Source of the DNA: an uncultured bacterium
GTDB lineage: Bacteria; Muiribacteriota; Ozemobacteria; Ozemobacterales; Ozemobacteraceae
DNA: 56,096 bases
Direction of reading: 5' to 3'
Assembly (NCBI GenBank): GCA_964597625.1
Contig: CAZQYQ010000001.1
Location: 1 to 56,096 of the forward strand
This document shows, one piece after another, positions 11,508 through 21,173 of the stretch. The position numbers were made by a program, and so were the translations under genes. How positions within the stretch are numbered: the stretch's first letter is position 1; each line of letters opens with the position of its first letter. The notes under the pieces are model-generated. The model was not told where the DNA came from, searched no databases, and saw nothing but the letters and a program-made list of their open reading frames with translations.

Positions 11508-13735
11508 CCGGCATGGGACGCCAGCATCCGAACGATCCCGCCGCGCCGGTTCCGCCGTCTCAGGCTGTTGCCAGAAGCGGTTTCGAGCTGGAAGTCCTGC
11601 CCGCGTTCGTCGCCGGATTCATCATCGGGCTGCAGCTGGCAGGCTTTGTGCCGGCCTGGAGTGCCTGGCTGTTTCTGACCGTCGCGCTTGGCGGCGCGGC
11701 GCTGACGCTCCTGGTGCCGGTCAGAGGTCCTGAAGCCTGGCTGCCGCTCCTCGGCTGCGCGATCGCGTGCGGCGCGTTCGCGGGAACGGCCCGCATGGAA
11801 GTTCCGCCGGATGCTGCCGCCCTTGCGGCATTCAGCGGGGCCTCCGGACGGCTGACCGGCGTCTGTTCGGGTGATTTCAGACCTCTGGCGCGAGGCGGGC
11901 TGGCATTTTCCATCGACGACACGGTTTTCGAAACCGCCTCGCAGGAGATCGCCCTTTCCTGCCGCGTCAGGGTCGAGACGCGCCGCACGGGCATTCTGCC
12001 CGAGCCGGGGCAGCGCTATACGGCAACAGGCACGTTCACGGCGGGCGACGGGAACCGCAGGCCGGCGGGGTTCAGGGCACCGGAGATTGCGGAAGCTTCA
12101 GGCTCGGGCCACATCGGGCCTTCGATCGGGTATCTTCAGCAACAGACCCGTGACGCCATTGCCCGGCTGCTTCCCGACAGGCATCAGGGCTTCATGCAGG
12201 GGCTCCTGCTGGGCGACACGAGCCGGCTGAGCCGCGATGACCGTCGGATGTTCAGAGACACCGGGGTTTCCCACCTGCTCGCGATCTCCGGACAGCATCT
12301 GCTCGTTCTGGCGCTTGTCCTGACGGCCATGCTCCGCTGGAGCGGTATTCCGCCGGTCTCACGTGCGCTGCTCACGATCGCGGTCCTGGTCGGGTATGCG
12401 ATGATGACTTCCGGCCAGCCTTCCGTCTGGCGGGCGGTGGTCATGTATATCGCCGTTACCGTAGCCGCATTCCTGGAAGCCGATCCGGGGCCGGTCAGGC
12501 CGCTGGCGGCCGCGGCTCTCGCGGTCCTCTTCTGGAACCCGGCATGGGTGCACAACGTGGGCTTTCAGTTGAGTTTCCTGGCTGTTCTCGGAATCGTTCT
12601 GGGCAGGCCGCCGCTCGAGTCGCTGTTTCTGCGTTTTCGCCTGCCGAAGCTGCTTGCGAGGTATCTCGCCGTTTCGACGGCAGCAAGTTTTGCGACCATG
12701 CCGCTTGCGGCCTGGCATTTCGGCATGATTCCCCTGGCGGCCTTCATTGTTAATCCGCTTGTGGTCTGGTCGTTCGATTTCATTCTTCCGATCGGCATGC
12801 TCACGGTCATCCTGAGCGGCGTCTGGTTCAAAGCCGCCGTGTTTCTTGCCGCCGGTCTCGCGCTGGCACTGGACGGTTTCATGGCGACGATCGAGCTCGG
12901 CGCGGCATTCCCGATCTTTCTGGTTGATGTCGGAAGCGTTCCGGCAACCATTGTAGCCGGCTTTTACGCATCAATGCTCGGTCTTCTTGCCTGGTGGCAT
13001 CAGGCCAGCGCCGCATCGGCTCCGCTGACGGCGCACCCGCTTCCCAAAGCGGCGCAGCCCGGCCCCGCATCCGGGAAACTCGTTCAGCGGCCATCCTCAC
13101 GGATTGAGATGTACGGGCTGAACCCCCTGACGACCGACAGCCTTCTGGAAGCGATCGATGCCCAGCTGGCGGTTTTCCCGAAGCGGCCCCTGAGGCAGCA
13201 GCGTGGAAAAATCGAGACCGTAACGTTTCCGGTGCAGGGGTTGAGCCCGGAAAGCCAGAATATCTTCTACCGGATCGATGATCTGACGCTCGAAACCCTG
13301 CGCGGACATCCCGACCGGCTGCTCGAAGCCCAGGTCTACTGCATGGCGCTTCTTGGCAACGAGTTGCTTTTCCGGCTGGCGGTACGACTGGAGCCACCCC
13401 CGACCCCTGCCGACATCAAGGTGAAGAAAACGGTAAAAAACCGGTATTTTGCGCTGGCCCTGGCAGCAGAAGCGTTTTTCGACTCGCCTCTCCCCGGGCG
13501 GGCAACGCGCGCAACGCTTGCGATGCTGATTCCAACGTCTTACGAACTCCACAAAACCGGCTGCGAAATGCTTTCCCGATTCACCAGGGTGAGAGATGAA
13601 GACAGCAGGATTGCCCACATGGAATACCGTCAGAAGATTCTCGACTGGTGCCGGGCCCTCATAGAAGCCCTGGCCACCGAGGAAAAGCGAAGAAAGCCCG
13701 GTACCGGCAAGGGAGATCCGTTTGAACCCGTCTGA
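11504..13735 (+). CDS. comEC: ComEC/Rec2 DNA internalisation channel (no metallo-beta-lactamase domain)
   Basis: GTG 11504 overlaps the comEA stop (GTGA); ATG 11513 is an alternative. Polytopic membrane core with the competence-domain signature GVSHLLAISGQHLLVLALVL. The C-terminal ~245 aa are soluble and lack HxHxDH. Confidence 0.8.
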   Translation: MTGMGRQHPNDPAAPVPPSQAVARSGFELEVLPAFVAGFIIGLQLAGFVPAWSAWLFLTVALGGAALTLLVPVRGPEAWLPLLGCAIACGAFAGTARMEVPPDAAALAAFSGASGRLTGVCSGDFRPLARGGLAFSIDDTVFETASQEIALSCRVRVETRRTGILPEPGQRYTATGTFTAGDGNRRPAGFRAPEIAEASGSGHIGPSIGYLQQQTRDAIARLLPDRHQGFMQGLLLGDTSRLSRDDRRMFRDTGVSHLLAISGQHLLVLALVLTAMLRWSGIPPVSRALLTIAVLVGYAMMTSGQPSVWRAVVMYIAVTVAAFLEADPGPVRPLAAAALAVLFWNPAWVHNVGFQLSFLAVLGIVLGRPPLESLFLRFRLPKLLARYLAVSTAASFATMPLAAWHFGMIPLAAFIVNPLVVWSFDFILPIGMLTVILSGVWFKAAVFLAAGLALALDGFMATIELGAAFPIFLVDVGSVPATIVAGFYASMLGLLAWWHQASAASAPLTAHPLPKAAQPGPASGKLVQRPSSRIEMYGLNPLTTDSLLEAIDAQLAVFPKRPLRQQRGKIETVTFPVQGLSPESQNIFYRIDDLTLETLRGHPDRLLEAQVYCMALLGNELLFRLAVRLEPPPTPADIKVKKTVKNRYFALALAAEAFFDSPLPGRATRATLAMLIPTSYELHKTGCEMLSRFTRVRDEDSRIAHMEYRQKILDWCRALIEALATEEKRRKPGTGKGDPFEPV

Positions 13736-13748
13736 GCATCCCTCGGCC

Positions 13749-14543
13749 ATGAGGCGGCTGGCGGCGCACGGCATCATTCCGCTCGCGGTGCTGATCGTCG
13801 TCGTCGCGGTTCCCCAGATGTCAGAATCCAGGCGCCAGGCAGTTGCTGTCGTCATAAGTATCATCGGTTTTGCTCTTCTCTTCCTCAGCGGACGACGGCC
13901 GGAGTCTGGCGATCCTCTGTGGAAAGCCGTCCGGAGTTTTGCCGCCATCGGAACGACGCTGGTGCTGCTGATGCATCTCCCCATCGGAAGTCTGCTCTGC
14001 AAGCCCCTTCTGCTGCCCCACTCCACGGAAAATGCCGATGCGATATTCGTGCTGGCATCGGGAGTCTCGGAAACGGGCGAATACACGTATTCCGGCCTTC
14101 AGCGCATCATGCATGGCGAGGCCCTGTTGCGTGCAGGGCGGGCACCCCGGCTTTTTATCAGCACTGGGGATCCGACCGTTGACAGGCCGATTCCCGAAGC
14201 CGGCTGGGTTGCTTCGTTCACATCGCTTTTACACCTGCCGGGGAACGCGTTCGAAATTCTGACCGGGGACATCACCACGACGCGCACCGAGTCGTTGAAG
14301 GCAGCGCAGATTCTGCTTCCACGCGGAATACGGCGCATTCTTCTCGTGACGAACGGACCGCATATCACCCGCGCCAAAGCGGTGTTTGAAGCCGCGGGCT
14401 TTGAGGTGCTGCCGGCTCCGGTTCAATCGGAGGCAACGATTCGAAACGCGTGCGATTCCGACCTCGGGCTTTTCCGCTATGCGATGCACGAGTGGCTTGG
14501 AATGGCTCTCTACAGGATGCGCGGCGATTTCCAGAAAAAATAG
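13749..14543 (+). CDS. DUF218 (YdcF/SanA/ElyC-like) membrane-anchored protein
   Basis: Two N-terminal TMs, then DAIFVLASGVSETGEYTYSGLQRIMHGEALLRAGRAPRLFISTG and ILLVTNGPHITRAKAVFEAAGFEV, typical of DUF218. I prefer ATG 13749 over the TTG at 13722. Confidence 0.75.
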   Translation: MRRLAAHGIIPLAVLIVVVAVPQMSESRRQAVAVVISIIGFALLFLSGRRPESGDPLWKAVRSFAAIGTTLVLLMHLPIGSLLCKPLLLPHSTENADAIFVLASGVSETGEYTYSGLQRIMHGEALLRAGRAPRLFISTGDPTVDRPIPEAGWVASFTSLLHLPGNAFEILTGDITTTRTESLKAAQILLPRGIRRILLVTNGPHITRAKAVFEAAGFEVLPAPVQSEATIRNACDSDLGLFRYAMHEWLGMALYRMRGDFQKK

Positions 14544-14646
14544 CCACCCCGGTTTGACCTTTTTTTCCCCAACCGGCTTTCTCGTTTGATGTATGGGTGG
14601 ATGCAGGTATTGACGCATCGATTCCACACACACCGAGGAGGCAATC

Positions 14647-15072
14647 ATGGTGGCGTTGAACAAGGTGATTCTGGCAGGCAATCTGACTCGTGATCCGCAG
14701 TCCCGAAACACACGCACCGGGAAAAGCCGGGCCGGTCTCATTGTCGCGGTCGATCGTTTCCGGAGCGGCCAGGACGGGCAGAACAGCCGCGAAACCAGCT
14801 TCATCACCGTCACGACCTGGAATACGACCGCAGAAAACTGCCTCACGTATCTCCGGAAAGGGATGCCGGTGCTGATCGAGGGGCAGCTCAGAGTCTCGCG
14901 GTTCACCGGAAGCGACGGCCAGCAGAAGTTTTATACCGAGGTCGTCGCGGATCACGTGACCTTCCTCTCTCACGGGGGTGAAGCCGCTCATGATGCAGGG
15001 CAGCCCGTGACGCCGGAGGGCCGGAGGGAGGTCCCCGACACTCCGTCTCCGCCGCCGGAATGCTCCTTCTGA
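14647..15072 (+). CDS. ssb: single-stranded DNA-binding protein
   Basis: GAGGAGG RBS. The OB fold reads LNKVILAGNLTRDPQSRNTRTGKSRAGLIVAV...SFITVTTWNTTAENCLTYLRKGMPVLIEGQLRVSRF...YTEVVADHVTFL, followed by a disordered tail ending PPPECSF. Confidence 0.9.
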   Translation: MVALNKVILAGNLTRDPQSRNTRTGKSRAGLIVAVDRFRSGQDGQNSRETSFITVTTWNTTAENCLTYLRKGMPVLIEGQLRVSRFTGSDGQQKFYTEVVADHVTFLSHGGEAAHDAGQPVTPEGRREVPDTPSPPPECSF

Positions 15073-15123
15073 CCATGGTGACCACCGCGGCGCGGGGGTG
15101 TATGATGCTCTCCGGTATATCTG

Positions 15124-18081
15124 ATGAGTATCTCGATGTCGTTCCACCCACTTCCTCGCCGCGGGGCCCTTCCGACGTATCTCCTCGCGGTGATCCTGAC
15201 GACGCTGACACTGCTCTCTATTTATATAGGTTGGTATAATTCAGCCGTTCAGGAATACGAGTCACGGAAGCGCAGACAGTCGGAACGCGCCGGCCAGATT
15301 CTCGATGCCATGTCGCTCAACTGGCGTCTTCGCGACCAGATATCGATTCTCGGTTCAAGACTCTCAGCAAGACTGGAAGATCTGGGCGCAGGCCACGGCG
15401 TCACGCGTCCCTGGGCTTCCATCTCAACCGGTATCTGGCGCGACTTCCCCGGTGCGCGCGTCTGGCTGTTCGAGTATACGGCGTCATCGGCCGGCTCGCT
15501 GCCGCGGGTGATTCATGCGCCGTTCGGGGGCAATATCGGCCGCCAGGCGATGGCACAGGTTTTCAATCATCTGGTGATCCGCCAGGACAACAGGCAGTCA
15601 TCTGATTCTGATGCAAGGCGAATCACCAAGCTCATGCTCTCCCTGTTCGGCGCAGGCATGGAGCCGACACCTCTCGCTCAAAGCCTTCGAGGGATTCCTG
15701 TGCGTATCACAAACGATGCAAACCAGCAGTATCTCATCTGGGATGTCATCACCGACGGAACCCGGCCGCTGGCAGGGTTCATCGCCCTCATTCCGGAAAA
15801 CACCGGCACAAAGCGCATTGCCATGAAGATTTCTGCCGCTGCCGTGCGGGACCACGATGTCAGGCTGAACGGCTTTATCCGATGCCATCCGTCACAAATC
15901 GGGGATCTGCTTCCGTCGGGTGTCCTGCGTTCTCACGCGTTCATCGCCTGGTGCAGGCGCTTCAGGAGTATCCCGTTCCGGGAACGGGAACGGTCCCTGC
16001 CCCCCTGGGGTGAATCGATCGGAACCTATCGCATCTATACAAAATCGATTCTGAACTCCCCACATCTTGCCGCCGTGTTCATGCCCGCGGAAAAGCCGAC
16101 GAAACTTCCCCTGCCGCTGAAAGCCGCGGGCGCTGTCTTGCTGACCGGCTGGGGAATCGTCCTGATACGGGGTCTGCTGTTGAACCAGTGGCCTGCCATT
16201 TCCCTGGCATGGCGGTTTCTGGGTCTGTATGCGCTCGCATGCGCCCTGCCGCTTTCGGTGGCTGTCCAGACCTTTTCAGGATACATCGGGGAAAGGCGTG
16301 AAGCTCTTCTGCAGGGTCTCGAACGGAGATTGTCACATACGCTCGCCACGATTGACCAGAGCAAAGACCAGCTCCAGAGCCGATATCTGGCGGCATTTAC
16401 CCGCATTCCCTCAAATCAGAAATGGCGGGATGCCATCCAGCGGGATGGGGTAAAAGCGCCCGCCCTGGATGAAATGATGATGCGTGAATTCTCGAGCGCA
16501 TCGCCGTCGCTTCCTCTTTCGGCGCTGTTTCTTTTTGACATGGCCGGCAACGAACTGGCGACGTATAGCGCGACTCTCACTCCGGAGCAGATCGACGGCC
16601 TTCATAAATATTTTAGAATATATTTAATCAACACCCTGCGAAAGCGGTATGAAATCACCCATCGAATGCCGCCTCCGGGCAAAAATCCCCTGTCCGATCG
16701 GGATATTGCATTCTGGGAGGCGTTCAATCAGGTTTCCTATACGAACATGATGCAGCTGGCGGAACTGCGCCGCAGTGTCCCGGATTTCATCCGGGCCGGC
16801 AACAGCTGGATGGTCAAGCTTCACGATTTCATCCAGATCGGAAACAGCCAACAGATCGCATTTCTGATCGCCTGGCATGACCGGCTTCTCGACAAGGAAA
16901 TCATTCGAAACGCGATGATCGAGTTCACCCGCATGAATCCCGACGGGGAATTCATGGCTTACAGAAAGGAACGGGACAGACTCATCCCCCTCATGCCTGT
17001 TTCCAGAGCGCAGAGACTCATCCTGGAACAGCCGGCATTCGCGGCAATGAGACGCGGCGGCGCCTATACGGCAAGAACATCCGGGCCTGACGACTGGTTC
17101 ATTCTGGCAAGGCCATCCGGAACCATGCGTGACATCTGGCTTGCAGCAGGCACTCCGATCACGTCCGAGCTGGCGGATTTCGAGGCCCGCCGCAACAGGC
17201 TTCTGATGCTTCTCTGGCTCAGTCTGTCGATGGTCATTCTTCTTGGCGCCGTCACGGCCTATCGTGTCGTTCCTTCGATCGTGTCCGTCAGAAGTGGGTT
17301 GGCAACGATAGCCGCAGGCAACCTCGATGTCACCGTGAAGCTCGACCGGCCCGACGAACTGGGAATACTGACGCAGGCATTCGATGAAATGACCAAGGGC
17401 CTGCGCCAGAGACAGCGGCTTTCAACCCTCGTCTCGGGCGTCGCGCTTCAGGCGATTTCAGGCGGAACGACAGCCGCCCCCCGTCGTGGCCCCGGAGTCG
17501 TTCTCGTGTCAGACATCAGGTCCTTTACGACTCTCTGCGAAAACCAGCCTGCAGCCATGATTACCGGGATGCTGAACAAGCATTTCGAGGTCATGGCCGA
17601 CATCATTCACCTGCACGGCGGACGTGTGGACAGGTTCATCGGCGATGCCATCCAGGCTGTTTTCGAACCCACCGGGCAGGCGGATCCGGGCCTGAATGAA
17701 CGGGCGGTCAAGGCCGGTCTCGATATGCTGATGGGGCTGAAAACCATCAATGCGGAACGACGAAAGACAGGCCTGTTCACCTATCTCATGGGAGTCGGCT
17801 TGAGCAGCGGGAATCTGCTTTTTGGTGGAATCGGCGATCCAGAGCTCCGATTCGAAATCACGATGCTGGGCGATGCCGTCGCGGCCGCCACCGGACTGGA
17901 GTCTCTCGCCAAATTCGCCCCCGGCATACCGCTTGTCATGGCGCCAAACCTGGTCGAGAGCGGGGGGATATTTTCGGATTCGGTTGTTCCGCTCGCCGGA
18001 CATGAGAGTTGCGCGGCTGTTTTCAAAGCAAAGCTCGATCTTGAATCGTTCCTGTCGGCAGACCGAGGGGAGCGAACATGA
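15124..18081 (+). CDS. membrane sensor-HAMP-class III nucleotide cyclase, 'C1-like' half (metal Asp pair present, Asn/Arg absent)
   Basis: Predicted TMs at about aa 17-38, 334-353, 358-384 and 692-714 flank two ~300-aa extracytoplasmic regions. HAMP (ATIAAGNLDVTVKLDRPDELGILTQAFDEMTKGL). Cyclase homology domain VVLVSDIRSFTTL...GGRVDRFIGDAIQAVFE...ITMLGDAVAAATGLE. Confidence 0.85.
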   Translation: MSISMSFHPLPRRGALPTYLLAVILTTLTLLSIYIGWYNSAVQEYESRKRRQSERAGQILDAMSLNWRLRDQISILGSRLSARLEDLGAGHGVTRPWASISTGIWRDFPGARVWLFEYTASSAGSLPRVIHAPFGGNIGRQAMAQVFNHLVIRQDNRQSSDSDARRITKLMLSLFGAGMEPTPLAQSLRGIPVRITNDANQQYLIWDVITDGTRPLAGFIALIPENTGTKRIAMKISAAAVRDHDVRLNGFIRCHPSQIGDLLPSGVLRSHAFIAWCRRFRSIPFRERERSLPPWGESIGTYRIYTKSILNSPHLAAVFMPAEKPTKLPLPLKAAGAVLLTGWGIVLIRGLLLNQWPAISLAWRFLGLYALACALPLSVAVQTFSGYIGERREALLQGLERRLSHTLATIDQSKDQLQSRYLAAFTRIPSNQKWRDAIQRDGVKAPALDEMMMREFSSASPSLPLSALFLFDMAGNELATYSATLTPEQIDGLHKYFRIYLINTLRKRYEITHRMPPPGKNPLSDRDIAFWEAFNQVSYTNMMQLAELRRSVPDFIRAGNSWMVKLHDFIQIGNSQQIAFLIAWHDRLLDKEIIRNAMIEFTRMNPDGEFMAYRKERDRLIPLMPVSRAQRLILEQPAFAAMRRGGAYTARTSGPDDWFILARPSGTMRDIWLAAGTPITSELADFEARRNRLLMLLWLSLSMVILLGAVTAYRVVPSIVSVRSGLATIAAGNLDVTVKLDRPDELGILTQAFDEMTKGLRQRQRLSTLVSGVALQAISGGTTAAPRRGPGVVLVSDIRSFTTLCENQPAAMITGMLNKHFEVMADIIHLHGGRVDRFIGDAIQAVFEPTGQADPGLNERAVKAGLDMLMGLKTINAERRKTGLFTYLMGVGLSSGNLLFGGIGDPELRFEITMLGDAVAAATGLESLAKFAPGIPLVMAPNLVESGGIFSDSVVPLAGHESCAAVFKAKLDLESFLSADRGERT

Positions 18082-21000
18082 AGAACATGCACAAAAGGCA
18101 TCGTCAGAGCACCACGTCCTCCCTGAGCACGTCCCCCGGGGGGAGTGCGGAACATGGCGCCCCGTCGGCGGGCCGGCCGCGTCCATGGCTGTTCTTTCTG
18201 TTTATCGTCGGCTCTGTCATCTTACTTCTGCCGCCGTGGCTGATCCATACAACCCTGTCTGAAACCGCTGATTCGGAGCTTCACAGACGGCAGCAGGCCA
18301 GTTCAGAGCTTCTCGAAACGTCCATGAATCTGGCTCGGTATCAGGATCTGGGCCGGCTGCTCATCGTGGAGCAACTCGAAGAGGAAGCGTTGCGCTTCGC
18401 GGCGCGGGTTTCGAATCAAAGCGATATCTCTCTTGCATCTGAAACGGCCCTGATTGCAACGCGCCTGAAGAAAGGCGGACTCACTCCCACCCTGATCATA
18501 ACCCTCCGGAAATCCGCGGGAAACGCCCGCCCATCGCCAGGCGCAACGGGTGTATGCGGAGCCCATTCCCAGGCCGAGTTTGAATTCCTCCATCAGTTTC
18601 TTGATCTGAACACGCAGGCTCTCACAGGCTCCGTTCCAGCAACCGAGGCCAGGAACATCTCCGAATCCGTCACCCGGTATCTCGGTTCGATTCAGACGCT
18701 CTCCTACTTCAGTCACGAAATGCGCGGAATTGCAGCCCAAATCCAGTTTCGACATGAAGATGCAATCCTTTTCTGGATGCCGCTTCTCAATCCACGAAAA
18801 GCAGCCGGCATTCTCCGGTCACCGGTCACCGCCGATCTGTTCAACCCCGACTCTTCGACTCTTTGCGCGGAAACATGGAAAGAACTGGTTTCAGGCGGCA
18901 TCCTCTTCATCGTGCCCCCGCCGGCTTCCGGGCAAAAAGGCATCAGAACGACAATCCGCCGATACGCCGCACAAGGGATCCGTCTTGCGTTCATTCCGGA
19001 AGATGGACGCGGAATGATAGCACATAACGCATGGTATACATCGCCCTTGAAATCATGTCTCCAGGGCTCACCCCCTCCCTGGAACTGGGTCATCAGGCGG
19101 GGGACCGCTTTTGTCGGAAGACGGTATGAGATCATCGGCGCCCTCCAATTACCCGCAGAGCCTTCAGGCGGAGGAACACGGGCTTTCCTGCTCCGGGCGC
19201 TCTGCTGGGCGGCAGCACTCGCCGGCCTGATCACATGGTTCATTTCCGTTTTTCGTGGAAGAGCCCTCGCAACCGGCCTCGGCAACCAGCTCACCGCAGG
19301 CTTTCTGCTGGCTGCACTGTTTCCGTTGACAACGACATTTCTTATTATCGAGCCGTATGCAACCGAGCGTTACGAGGTGCGGGCACAGGAAATCCGTGCC
19401 GGCCTGCGCAGCACGATCAAGCTGCTCGAGCTGCAAAGCCTCTCCCACAGACCACGCCTGTGGCATGTGATGTCGCAGATGTTCTATGATCCGGCCTTTC
19501 TCGAAGCGGCCCGGCGGGATGCAGCCGGCACCCGGAGTGGAGCGGAACAGGCTCTGCAAAAGCAGCTGCATGACAAGTTCATGTATCTGTATGAAAAGCC
19601 CCTCGACGTCTCGCTGCGCAAGTTGATCATCGCCGGCATGGGAAACTATGTGCGCGACCAGGCGAGACCGGGAGATTCCGGCGGCAGCACAAGCATGCTT
19701 CCGCAGCTTTTGAGCCTGATCGCCAACGAAGCCATTTCAGCCCGGGGCGGAGTCAATTCCTCATTCGCAAAAGAAGCGTTGGCAATGGATAATGAGCGGG
19801 GATCCGCTGCAAAAACCAAGCGGGAAATGCTCTGGGATGTCGGGAGAGAGATGTTTCTTGCCATCCTCGGCCCCGAATCCTTTTTCGATTGGCTGAACGG
19901 CAAGAACGAACCTCTGCTCATCGAAGTCGGCCTCGGCATGGTCATGATCTACGAGATTCTTCTGCCGCAAGGCCCACAGCCTGAATTTCTGCTCACCATC
20001 CTCCTCAAGGCCGAGTTTCACGAGAACAAAGCGATGGCGCGCACGCTTTCCGGAAGATGGCGTGACGGGCCGGTCTTTGTCTTCCAACGGGATTTTCTGG
20101 GTGAGCCGAGTCAGCCGGAATCAGGCGAACGGCATCCGTTCCTGCGTCGTATCGCAAGGCAGATAGATGCCGCGGCAAAGCCATTGAGCCTGCGTCTGAG
20201 CGACGGAAATACCAGCTGGCTGATCGAGGGGGCTCCGGGCGAACATTCGCGCCAGTTCATCTTCACGGCCGTTGCCGACGAGGCCCCGCTGCGCGCTGAA
20301 ACAGAATCCATCAAAAGAAGACTTACGGCAATGCTGCTGATTGCCGCGCTGATTACCCTGCTGATCGCCGCAAGCGCGACGCAGGACGTCGTTTCCCCGA
20401 TCAACCGTCTGATTGAAGGCATTCGCGCCATCAGCGCCGGAACGTATTCCTATCGGGTGGACGTGGACCGCTCGGATGAGCTCGGAGAACTTGCCGGCGC
20501 TTTCAACACGATGGCCGGTGGTCTCGAGGAACGAAATATTCTTAGTCATATGGTTTCTGGTTCAGCGCTGAATGCGACGACATCCCAGGACTACGAAGCG
20601 AAAGCACGCGAAGGACGGCGCCACACGGTGATCGTCTGTTTCGTTTCATTCGTGGGTGCGGAAGCCGAAATGGCCGCCATGACGCCGGAAGAAGCGCTAT
20701 CCTTTCTGAACCGGCAGGTTGTGGCCGCCTGCCGGATTCTGCACTCCGCCGGCGCCGATATCGACAAGCTGCTGGGGCCAAAAATCCTGGCGCTTTTTCC
20801 GCCGGAACTCGGCATGGTCGCGGTGGAAACCGCCCGTGCGCTGCAGACTGCGCACGGTGACGGGCAGCTTGATTTGAGGCCAGCCATCGGCCTGACAAGA
20901 GGGCCTGTCATTTCCGGAATCCTGGGCTCCGGAGATCGCCGCGATCATACGGTGATCGGCGATACGGTGAATCTTGCCGCGCGCGCCGCATCGATTGCCG

Positions 21001-21173
21001 AAAAACTTGAGCCGATCGCGGTGGTTCTCGATGATGCCCTTCGCACGCACATCGGGGATATCGGGGAATTCGAATCGCTCGGAGAAACGTTTGTGAAGGG
21101 CAAAACGAAACCTGTTCGGCTCGTAAGACTTCTCGACCGGCAGGAGAAAAAAGACCCGGGAGGCAGTGCATGA
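18078..21173 (+). CDS. paralogous membrane sensor-HAMP-class III cyclase-homology protein, 'C2-like' half (metal Asp lost; Lys/Thr/Asn/Arg present)
   Basis: ATGA overlap with the upstream cyclase and a GAGGGGAG RBS. Same 4-TM double-sensor layout. HAMP (IEGIRAISAGTYSYRVDVDRSDELGELAGAFNTMAGGL). Cyclase domain VIVCFVSFVGAE...DKLLGPKILALF...HTVIGDTVNLAARAAS...FESLGETFVKGKTKPVRLVRLL. Confidence 0.8.
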   Translation: MKNMHKRHRQSTTSSLSTSPGGSAEHGAPSAGRPRPWLFFLFIVGSVILLLPPWLIHTTLSETADSELHRRQQASSELLETSMNLARYQDLGRLLIVEQLEEEALRFAARVSNQSDISLASETALIATRLKKGGLTPTLIITLRKSAGNARPSPGATGVCGAHSQAEFEFLHQFLDLNTQALTGSVPATEARNISESVTRYLGSIQTLSYFSHEMRGIAAQIQFRHEDAILFWMPLLNPRKAAGILRSPVTADLFNPDSSTLCAETWKELVSGGILFIVPPPASGQKGIRTTIRRYAAQGIRLAFIPEDGRGMIAHNAWYTSPLKSCLQGSPPPWNWVIRRGTAFVGRRYEIIGALQLPAEPSGGGTRAFLLRALCWAAALAGLITWFISVFRGRALATGLGNQLTAGFLLAALFPLTTTFLIIEPYATERYEVRAQEIRAGLRSTIKLLELQSLSHRPRLWHVMSQMFYDPAFLEAARRDAAGTRSGAEQALQKQLHDKFMYLYEKPLDVSLRKLIIAGMGNYVRDQARPGDSGGSTSMLPQLLSLIANEAISARGGVNSSFAKEALAMDNERGSAAKTKREMLWDVGREMFLAILGPESFFDWLNGKNEPLLIEVGLGMVMIYEILLPQGPQPEFLLTILLKAEFHENKAMARTLSGRWRDGPVFVFQRDFLGEPSQPESGERHPFLRRIARQIDAAAKPLSLRLSDGNTSWLIEGAPGEHSRQFIFTAVADEAPLRAETESIKRRLTAMLLIAALITLLIAASATQDVVSPINRLIEGIRAISAGTYSYRVDVDRSDELGELAGAFNTMAGGLEERNILSHMVSGSALNATTSQDYEAKAREGRRHTVIVCFVSFVGAEAEMAAMTPEEALSFLNRQVVAACRILHSAGADIDKLLGPKILALFPPELGMVAVETARALQTAHGDGQLDLRPAIGLTRGPVISGILGSGDRRDHTVIGDTVNLAARAASIAEKLEPIAVVLDDALRTHIGDIGEFESLGETFVKGKTKPVRLVRLLDRQEKKDPGGSA

